Assembly: GCA_030704615.1 (NCBI GenBank)
Contig: CM060732.1
Span: forward strand, 29,946,001 to 30,010,000
Reading direction: 5' to 3'
From: Takakia lepidozioides
Lineage: Eukaryota; Plantae; Bryophyta
DNA length: 64,000 nt
The notes below the pieces were generated by a model. That model was not told the origin of the DNA and searched no databases. It saw nothing but the letters and a program-made list of their open reading frames with translations. Shown piece after piece: positions 24,701 through 34,429 of this stretch. Positions within the stretch are counted from its first letter, which is position 1, and every line of letters starts with the position of its first letter. Both the position numbers and the translations under genes were made by a program.

Positions 24701-27700
24701 TGAAGAGAGAATGGCATTTTGATGAAATAAAAGTTGGGTGCAGATAATGCAGATTGGGCTTTAACTAGGCGACAAATTATGAGGTCTTGTTCCAAGCCAC
24801 ATGATCAAGACTGTTTAGTGATGCATTCGCCCATTCATTCCACTGCAAGAAGGTGTACTGTCCCCTTGGGTCCCTCTTTTTCTCATCACCAACCTCTACC
24901 CACACATCGGACTAAAGTGTAATTTTGGCTGTGCAGGGGCTGGCATATCTGCACCATGACTGTGTGCCCCAGATCTTGCATCGCGATGTCAAGTCCAACA
25001 ACATTCTACTAGATCACGACTATGAGGCACACATGGCGGACTTTGGTCTGGCAAAAGCTCTGAAAAACATGTCCATGTCTGCTGTTGCAGGATCTTATGG
25101 CTACATAGCTCCAGGTATAACCAAATTTGTCTTGGATGTCATTCTGTTGAGGATAGTTTCAAGAAGAGTACGCCGTATGTTACTGTTTGCTTCTGTTGCT
25201 GTTGAGAATCTCCCTGTCCTCTAGGAAGCCTATTGACATTGGGTGGACTTGAAACGGGAGTACATTAATGTCTCTGTGACTAAATGCCGGCCTTGTGACC
25301 TCGTGACCTTGTTTGTTTCGACCTGAAGCGCTTTGCTTCAGGTAAGGTAGTGCATTGGATTTAGTTGGAAAGCTTGGGGCCTTTCCCTCTTTAGAATATG
25401 CCTACACGGGCCATTCCCTGCAACTCCCTGGAGTGGGATCTCTGAATGGTAACAAGCGGACTCCTACCACTTGGGGGCAGCCCCTCCGCCCAAATTGGGC
25501 AGTCGTATGCTCTGTCTAGCATACTCGGCACTTGGGCTCGGGTTGGTTCCTGTGCTTAAACTTATGGCCTGCGAAAACAATCAAAAATTTAGCTCCTATC
25601 AACATCAACACTCCTCAGGGTGATCCCTGGGAATTGGTTACTTATGCCAAATCTAGGGCTTCATGTGTAGTTTTTGGGGTGAATCCCAGGATGGACGATG
25701 TGTCCTTTAAAACTACATGCTCTAGCTTAGGCTTGGATTTCATGGCTAATGGTACCATCTCGAGACTTGATAACAGGGGTACGTTGAAGGTTGCAATGAC
25801 CAAAAGTGCTTCTAATAGAGTCCCGCATCAATTCAATCTCAAAGAAGTTCGTCCCTTGACTGGCTGGAGAGCGGTCTTAGACATTGGTGATTCAATGGGG
25901 CCTCTAGGAAGACAACCAAGGGCAACAACTTCAACTTGAGAGTTTCTAATCGGTTTGATGCTCTGGATGAGGTTGAATCCAAACAGCCAGAAGGACAAGA
26001 TGCCCCTAAGTGTACGGAACCTGAACGTCCTGAATCTGAAGGATTTGGTACTCTGAATGGTTTACCAATCCTCAAGGTTTACACAAGACGAAAATTCTAT
26101 ACAAGGGGTAATTGTCCCCAAGCCGTCAGATGGACAATCTGTCCCTAAGTGTGCAGAGCCTGAACGTCGTGTAACTGAAGGATTTGGTACTCTAAATGGT
26201 TTACCAATCCTCAAAGTCTACACAAGACGAGCAAAATCTATACACGGGGTAATTGTCCCCAAGCAGTCTGACGGACAATCTGCCCCTATGTGTGCAGAGC
26301 TTGTGCGTCATGTAACTGAAAGATTTGGTACCCTGAATGGCTTACCAATTCTCAAAGTTTACACAAGACGAGCAAAATCTACACATGGGGTAACTGTCCC
26401 CCCTTTGCAGAACGGTTGGCCGTCCAGGAGCAATCACAAGCTACCTAGACGACAAACAATTCACACGCAAATGGCTGGCTTGCGGCTGGCCACTTTCAAC
26501 TTCTCAGGGTTGACCAACCAAAGGAAACAACTTGAAGTGGGACAAGTTCTTCGGACTAATGATATTCATATCTGTGCTGGGCAAGAAACATGGGAAACGT
26601 CGGATAAACTTGTTGGAGATGTCATTGGTTATAAATGGGCAGGTAAGATGTGTACTCTCAAGGCAGCCTCTGCCAAACGCGGTCAAAAAGGGGTCGGATT
26701 CTTTGTCGGTGATTTCTTGTTTGACAATTGTGAAATTATCAACAAGGGTTTGAGGTACGAGCATAGTATCTGGCTAAAACTGAATTTGAAGGGCGGCATG
26801 AGTACAAAGGACCTCTTTGTTGGTTGTGTTTACATGCCCACAGAGGGGACCCTTAGTGCTGACGCAGACAAGGCCTTCGAAGATGTAAAGCTGGAATGTG
26901 CTTCGTTCCTTGCCAAAGGTCAGGTGGTACTATTGGGGGACTTCAATGCCCGGGTGGGCAAAGGGATCCATCAGGACGATATTATTGGACCTTTTGGTGA
27001 GGACGAGCTGAATTCTAATGGCAGACGGTTAATTAACTGTCTAGAAGAGCTTCAGCTTTTGACCTTGAATAACAGGACAAGAGGTGACCAAGTGCAGTGG
27101 ACTCGTGAGAAATCCCAAACTGGGGAACGTTCCATTGTGGACTATATCATAATGGACAAAATTTTGTTCCCCCAGTGTGCCAATGTGTTGATTGACAGAA
27201 CTGATATTGGTACCTCTGACCACTTCCTGGTTTGGACTCAGATCAAAAGGTGTTTTCCCACCACCAAGAGATCTGTGAAACGTTCGATTCGGAAGTGGCA
27301 CATAGAAAAATTCCACAATGAGGAGGTCAAGGCTGAGTACGTCCAGGCCTTGCAAGAGGCTCTCCCTCATTTTGTCCAATCGCTCCAAGAACTTCAGTCA
27401 CGCTCTGTTAACGCAAGAAATGAAGTCGAAAGAGCAGTTGACTCTTGGGAGAGTTTCGTTTCCTCCGTGGCTGACAAGATCATTGGGAGGAAACTAATTG
27501 TCTGCGGTAGAGCAGTTAATTGGTGGACTAATGAGATTAAACTCAAGATAGCTGAGAGATGAGCCCTCTATAAAGAGTGTTGCAATTTGGAAACCAACAG
27601 AGAATTGTGGGCGAGGTACTACCAGCTCCGTAAAGATATCAATCAGCTTGTTAGGTCTCAGAAGAAATTATACTGGGACAAGTTATACAGTGAAATAAAC

Positions 27701-30599
27701 TCAAACCACCATAGTGGTAATGACAAGAAATTCTGGTTGGCCCTTCAACGTTTGTACAAGCCGAAAAACGGTCAGCAAGTACAAGCGCTGAAGACTACTA
27801 AAGGTGCAGTGGTGACTTCATTGGTTGACATTGTCAAAACCTTTGAAACTCACTACAGTATCCTTGGCAGAACTTCTAGGTCTAACAGTGAGGGGTCTTC
27901 TGCTGAATGGAGGGACACAGTTGGAAAAACTGTTCCTATGATTCAAAACAGCCCTGATGAACTGGAGTATATTTCAATGGCTTATAATGCTCCCATTAGT
28001 TCTTCTGAGATTGTGGAAGCAATTGAACATTTAAATGGATATAAAGCTGGTGGACCTGATGGTATTGTCAACGAGCTTATCAAGCACGGTGGCGATCCCA
28101 TGATAGAGGCCCTAGTTCTCCACTTTAACCTTATCTGGAAGACTGAAATGATCCCCTTTCGCTGGCGACAGGGGGTCATTGTCAACCTATACAAGAAGGG
28201 TGACAGAGAAGAACCGGGGAACTACCGTGGCATCTCGCTCCTCAATGCTGTTGGCAAGACATTCTGCAGACTTATAAGTACTCGTCTCGAGGTTGATCTG
28301 GAGTCTAGAGGTTGTTTCCACGAAGGCCAAGCTGGCTTTCGGCGAAACAGGGGCTGTGTGGATCATATCTTCACTCTAAGCCAGATTATCCAGGGAAGGA
28401 AAAAAGAAGGGAAACCCACTTATGTCTTTTTCCTGGATGTCAAAAAGGCTTATGACACAGTGTGGAGAGATGGCCTATGGTTCCGCCTCTGGTCTTGTGG
28501 GATCAAGGGAAAGATGTGGAGAGTTGTCCACAACTTGTATGCTCACACCAAAAGCTGTGTCACTGTTAACGGACAGAAGTCCAACTTCTTTGACATAGAC
28601 CAAGGTGTAGCTCAAGGATGTACTCTCTCCCCTCTGCTCTTCAATGTTTTCATCAATCAACTCCTCGAGGATGTGGAAAGTGAGGGATTTGGGTTAAGGG
28701 TGGGTGATACCACCATTCCAGCCCTTATGTTTGCGGATGACTTCGCAGGCATAGGGGAGACTCCAACCAATCTCCAGGAGTTGATTGTTTGCGCGAAGAG
28801 ATACTTTGATCTTTGGGGGCTAGAGGCTAATGTCAGCAAATGTGCAGTGGTAGCATTCAACGACAGAGGAGAGGGAGGAAGTGATCTTAAGTGGCAGTGG
28901 GGTAGCCAAGAGATCCCGGTCCTCCCTTCCTACACTTACCTGGGCGTTGAGTTCAGTGGGATGCACATAGCCGGAAAGTTGTTCAAACTGGCAAGGGCAA
29001 AGCTCTGGGGCTCACTAAATTTTTCCACTGCAGAGGGGTCAACTCTGAGGTTAAGAAAACCATGCTTTGTCGCGTCATTAGACCTGCCTTGGAGTACGGA
29101 TCTGCTATATGGGTTGATAACTCCAACCAGGCTAAGTGTCTAGAATCCATTCAAGTGGGGGTGCTTAAGGAGTGTATGTCAGCATGCTCCAAAACAGCCA
29201 ATGTGGCTGTTCGGGGTGAGTTTGGCATTCCATCCTTAAGCTCCCGACGAGATGAATTCAAGGTCAGATGGTGGGGTCAGCTGCAACATATGCCCAACAC
29301 CAGATATCCTAAGTTAATCGACTCTATATCTTGGAAACAGGACCGCCCTGTCAAACAGGCTAAGTCCTGGCAGAAGAGAGTAGAAGAGATCCTCAAGGAC
29401 CTGGACCTGGATCCGCAAGTCTTGACCCTGCTGGATAAATCTCACTTAGAGGCTGTAGTGTCCTCAGCCATGTCTGTTGCCATGAGATTGTCTGATGAAA
29501 ATGAAGTTAGGCAGAAAACTTCCCTGAACTTGTTTCCAGTCTGTGACATGGGGGAGGACATCTTGGATGACCTCAAGGGTCTACCCACTCTCGGCACTAG
29601 ACTGAAATTTAAACTCAGGGCAGGAAGCCTACCTTTGAACAGCAAACAGAAGCAGAGAGGAAAAGAAGAGTGCAATTGCCCGTTGTGTGGGCAATCTGAA
29701 GACAGTATTCATTTTCTGATACACTGTCCGGGGTTCTCTCACCAAAGAGACGCTCTCTTCAAATCTATTAAGGGAATTGTGCCTGTACCCCTGTTTACCA
29801 ACTTTGAAAGTCTCGAGGCTGAGCCAAAAGCCCAGGCCCTCCTGAGGCCTAGTTTTTGGGCAAATCACACACAGCAGATTGATGCTTGTGTGAAGGGATT
29901 TCTAGAGGATATCTGGAAAACCCGGATTAATTCTATATATGGAGGTAAGTCTTACTACCAACGTCAGCCCCTGACAGAGGTAGGTTCTGTCCCTTTTGTT
30001 CCCGCTCAAACTGGGCGCGGGGTCAATGGCCACAAGGCTACGGCAAACAACGTCTTATGAGTACAATCTGATGCTGTTGAGAGAGGGGAACCTAAAGGTC
30101 AAATCTTACCTCAAAGGAGTACATCAGTGGTTCCGGGGGATTTGCAGATGTGCGTAAGAAAAGAAACTAACTGGGTGAGTGCCTGTCCACCTTTGCAGAG
30201 TATGCCTACACACTGAAAGTGAATGAGAAGAGTGACATCTACAGCTTTGGTGTAGTGCTGCTGGAACTGGTGACTGGAAAGCGACCAATTGAGCCCGTAT
30301 TTGGTGATGGAGTCGACATTGTGAAATGGGTTTCCACAAAACTTCAAACCAAGGAAGGCCTTCTCGAGACTTTGGATCCTCGTGTTGGAGTAGTAGAGCA
30401 GAAAATGGTCCTTCTGCTCAAAGTGGCCCTGTTTTGCACTCAGACATCCCCCTTAGCCCGCCCATCTATGCGAAGAGTTGTTGAAATGTTACTGGAAATA
30501 GATCCCCAGCAAAGGGATGGAAAAGGGGGTAAAGAGACTTTGTCAAACAAGTCATTGTATGATAGTAAATGCTTCGAGGATGACTTAGAATCATGGTGA
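18750..30599 (+). CDS. LRR-XI receptor-like kinase, HAESA/HSL-like; 7 exons (18750-19023, 19877-20269, 20542-21088, 22302-23400, 23569-23757, 24937-25114, 30199-30599), 1026 aa
   Basis: Signal peptide, PCSWTGVTC cap, about 21-22 LRRs with an RxR motif (IRFR) and a TM helix. Then [60 protein letters not shown] and [10 protein letters not shown]. All introns are GT-AG; 3081 nt in frame. Confidence 0.93.
19663..19848. repeat. Degenerate two-copy tandem repeat (about 95 bp) at the 3' end of RLK intron 1
   Basis: TGGGTACTTGT...CCTTAGTC.TGAAATG..ATGAAAATGTGGATCTCAAA occurs twice. Confidence 0.7.
21235..21392 (+). mobile_element. LINE family B 3' fragment with (CATTT)n tail, in RLK intron 3
   Basis: [14 protein letters not shown], then CCCATAAGCTCT, ATAAAG and CATTTCATTTCATTT. 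Confidence 0.55.
21393..21989 (+). mobile_element. 5'-truncated copy of LINE family A, in RLK intron 3
   Basis: Matches 29473-30069 with only about 3 substitutions seen. Flanked by an 11-bp near-perfect TSD: TTTCATTTCTC (21384-21394) and TTTCCTTTCTC (21989-21999). Confidence 0.92.
24180..24600 (+). mobile_element. LINE family B 3' fragment, in RLK intron 5
   Basis: Degenerate zinc-finger region, [10 protein letters not shown], then CCCGTAAGCTCTTTGAGCTTCC...ATAAAG and a CATTT tail. Confidence 0.55.
25208..30071 (+). mobile_element. Near-full-length non-LTR retrotransposon (LINE family A: APE endonuclease, RT, CCHC zinc finger), now defective, in RLK intron 6
   Basis: Perfect 11-bp TSD TGCTGTTGAGA (25197-25207 and 30072-30082). 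APE motifs [19 protein letters not shown] and SDH. RT motifs [33 protein letters not shown] and FADD. C-terminal CPLC..H...C. Lesions: TGA at 27560 and frameshifts near 26090 and 28960. Confidence 0.93.
25990..26402 (+). repeat. Three tandem 141-bp (47-aa) coding repeats upstream of the LINE endonuclease
   Basis: GGACAA anchors at 25993, 26132 and 26273 (spacing 139 and 141). Each unit encodes ..[16 protein letters not shown].. Confidence 0.85.
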
Positions 30600-31376
30600 G
30601 GAGATCGGACAAATTGGTAATAATTCTAGACTTGAGCGATTAGTCCAATGACCACGCCCTCAAAGAGGCTGTCCAAGACATGTACATGGATCCGCTGAAA
30701 AGTCCATCTCTTGGAATCATAATGCATCCCTCTTGCCGAACAGATGTACCATGCCTGAGCGCAAAAGAAGTCAAGATTCTCATGAATACACAAATGAAGT
30801 TGCCATGCTGTAAGTGGTGTGATTTTGAGAGAGGGGTGGCATGGTACCCAAGACCAAGGGAAGAGCCTGATGAGTGCTGAAATTTTACCTGTGTAAGAAT
30901 TTTGGCCTTCAGGTTTGACAAGGTTTGCCCTCAGGAAATAATTACTAGCACATTCTGTGTCCCAGATGGGCCTCCCCAAGATCTATTCTCCCAGGTTGCT
31001 GTTTCCAACGACTTTCATGAGCTGTGCATTCATTGTTCTCAGAATATTCCACCCTTTCGAAGGACGGACCTTTCTTGAGAATCCCCATCCCTGGCGAAGT
31101 GCTTGTCGCTTGAGGCATCTTTAGAATTATGTGGTTCTATGCCTTGAAATGAGTATTAACCAACCAATCATCATCCTGCTTAGTTTTTCAAAAACAAGGA
31201 ATATTTAACAAGGACTTGCACTCAAAGAGTGAATGTACAAACTGGTGCATCTATACACCATGCTATGCAAAATTTCTACAACACTAGAGTCCGCAACAAG
31301 GCCGGTAGAAATGAACAGGCTACTGAACAGGCAACTGCACCAAATCGCTCTACACAGGACAAGGGGGCAACCATCG

Positions 31377-32406
31377 CTAGGTGTGTTGAACCATGTCATA
31401 GACCACGACATCCATATGATCGGACAGAGTTATGACCAGTTGCTTACCTGATACTACCACTCCTAATCTTGAGCTCGAAAAGGGACGACAAAAGAGTGCA
31501 GGTGGAATAGGAACTTTTAAGAATGGTACCCACTCTTTGCTTGAAAAGTTCAGCTCAAAAATATTGCAATAAGAGGTGTTGGGTTGATCCCTAGAAACTG
31601 TTTGTAGGAGTAAGTGTCCCTCACACTTAACAAGTGCAATATCGTCACCTTCGTTGACTCCATTGGGCTGTGTCATCTCGCTCCATCAATCTTGTTCAAT
31701 ATTGTATACACTCAGCAGGTTTATCCGATCTCCAGTACGTGTACAACTCGTATGAAATACAAAGTACAAAGCCCCTTTATACTCAACGCCAATTGCTTCC
31801 AAATCCGAATCTCCAAACAGTATTGAAAAATATGGTTCGTAAGGCAGGAACTTTCCATCTGTGACTTGGTATCTCTCGTCCTCAACCTCAAACGCACGAT
31901 TTCCTGCAATAAGAATCTTGTACGTCTTTGTCCTCTGCTCGATGAACACCTTCACTATAAGTGCGTCCCACCGCCATACATTAACCGGTATGGGCAATTT
32001 CCTGGAATCACCTGTCAGTGGGTTGCAAATCTCAATGCCCAATATCCCACTAGTACACTTGTACAGCGCACATATAAGGCCTCCTGCTCCAAATACCACT
32101 CTAAGCGATTGCGGAATGTGGATTGACCCCAGTGCCACTGGTCGGCAACAAGATCATACACGCAGAATTGTGCACTAAGTACATTCCTGATTCAAGATAA
32201 GAAAGACTACATAAAAGAAAACCTACAGATGATTGCATTAGAGGAGATGCTCCTTCGATCTCTGCAGAGGTTTTGCGGAATGAAGGAGAATCGAACTAAC
32301 ACCAGCGTTTGCAAACAACGCGAACTGCAAGTAAGCTGAAAACTGGAAAGAAAGAAATAACAACATCCACCTCTTCCGGCAATCTTCCCCATACAGAGGC
32401 GTCCAT
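31377..32406 (-). pseudogene. F-box (kelch/FBA-associated type) pseudogene
   Basis: MDASVWGRLPEEV..FPVFSLLAVRVVCKRW F-box followed by TAG; then VYD..W, GGLIC..ICNPLTG..RKLP and LVKCEGHLLL. In-frame TGA at 31686 plus frameshifts; no introns evident. Confidence 0.75.
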
Positions 32407-33692
32407 GTAGGTGCACTCCCTTCCACTCCCAACCAACGTGAAGATCAAAGCGTCAAACAGCAAAGCTCGGCAGCAATTGAAGATGGCTACTCGCTTATGA
32501 GCCCCTTTCAATATATAAGCAGTGCATGCTGTCTAAACGTCTAAACTTGGGATGTGCATAAATTTAGGTGTTTTAAGATATTTCTGTACTTTTGTACGTA
32601 CGTTTACCTCCCTGGAGGTACTTTTTTTCCGGAACGTCTCACAAGAGCTGACGTTGATGTTGAGAAGTTGCAGTAATTAAAGAGGGTTAACTTGCTCTCC
32701 CTCCCACAATTTCTCTACACGTTTTGCGCGGTCGATTGTGCATGTCTCTCACGACTGCGTGCTGCTGAAGCAAGTGCCTAGAGAGATGTCGGTAGAATTA
32801 GTTCCCACATACAGAGGGTTCCACAAACACAAGGTCGCAACAGCGGACTCCATCCGAGTCTGGAAACGTGGACCTCGACAATGTACACCCATATTGTTTA
32901 CTATAATTTACACTGGGAGTTGGAGACTGCTACAGTAATGCATGTGCATACTCCCCCGACCAATTCTGACAAGGCCTTGCACTTGAAGTGTACGGGTCCG
33001 CTCATTTCGATCACCAATGTATATATACCAACCATCGTCAGTACAAGGGCGCATGGAACAGTTGAAGTTTGTTTATAACGTTGGACGTGCAGCGAAGTTT
33101 TCCATACTGGAGCTGCTACTGATCTTCTGACTAAGTAACAATAATCACCTTAAGAATATGCATGCGGCCATATCACACCGGGCATAGAGAAGTTGGTATG
33201 TATTTGAATCAGAGAGATCAATCACCTAGTTCGATCATGCCTTGCAAATCGTACTTAGACATTTATTGTGTATGCGATCAAATTACTGTACTTAAGAAGA
33301 GATGCTGCGACTCCTAGACTCCTGCTGGACTTACCTAGCTAGGTAAGTACAACTCTAGATCCCATTTGAACATGAAATTCCGTGAACTTATGGTTTCAAC
33401 ATGTCAACGCAGTACATAGCGCGCCCTGATCGATGCTTGCAAAGGGTTCGAGAGGGACGAGAGGATGACGGTGCACAGTGCCAGCACCACGAGGTAGTTG
33501 CTCACAATCTTTTGCCCAACGCCCTCCGCTGCCTTGAGAGAAGATGCTTGGGGAGCTATATTGCTCTGGTTGCCCATCGCTCCACTCTCCATCATCCCCG
33601 CCACCTTTGATCGCAGAGATCAGCAGCTGCCCACAGCCTGAGCGCCCTCCCGCAATTTACAACGCACGCGAGGGTACGGGGCTTGATCAGGC

Positions 33693-34429
33693 AGCGGATG
33701 TGGCGGATGTCATGGGCGAACCAACTGCCATGACTCATCCGCCGGGCAGTTCTTTAAAAAAACAGAAAAAACAGGGACAGGCCTCATTAACTTTATAGAT
33801 AAGGACAAGTCCGGAAAATACAAGAGGAAAAAATAACCTCTAAGAGGAAGAGATCGAAATAACCAGAGAGCCTTTTTTTCATTTTTCCAAAATAGCTGGC
33901 GGGGCCACAGGTGAATTCTATCGAGTGCCCATGTGGCGAGAATAACCGGTGACAGGGCTAGAAAACTGGCTATATTCCAGCGGGAACGTTTTAACTGGTC
34001 CACGTCTGCAAACTTAGGCTCTTAATTTTCAATTACGGGTGCTTCTTGGCAAAAACATTGCCGTAATTCCTTTGTACAAGTACTAGCTGAGCCATTTTCC
34101 AAGGTCGAAATCTGGCGATTTTTTGCCAGAAAAAAAAACACGCCGGGGGTGATCGTGCGGAAAAATCCATCACAGCATGCCCGGTAGTCTCTTTCCTTTC
34201 CACGACACTCGCTGGCCTCATCACAGTAGTAAGCTTTACAAGTTATTAGTGCTAAGGTTTTGGCATTATGATAAATTCTCAGCCCTAGATGTTAATTATA
34301 AGATTGCCCATTTGGCCCGCCGTGTGTTGGTAGGTGTGTTGGTAGGTCCGTGTCGGTAGGTCAACAGTGCTGACACTGGATTTCTTGACCCATGGCACTT
34401 TGCAAAATTCTAGGGAACGGGGAGCTTTT
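33693..34429. repeat. Dispersed repeat of about 730 bp, probably a non-autonomous DNA transposon (copy 1)
   Basis: 33693-34016 matches 49022-49376 and 34146-34429 matches 50161-50431. Confidence 0.8.

Noticed and set aside
25210-25262. Hammerhead ribozyme at the LINE 5' end (GTC triplet and GAAAC with stem III-like pairing)
   Set aside because: No CUGANGA core in the required position; kept only as a generic structured end.
25990-26402. CRISPR-like array (also considered for 51962-52535)
   Set aside because: These are contiguous coding tandem repeats without unique spacers, in a eukaryotic context.
33404-33604. 66-aa ORF as a real small membrane protein gene
   Set aside because: No recognisable family or supported exon structure.
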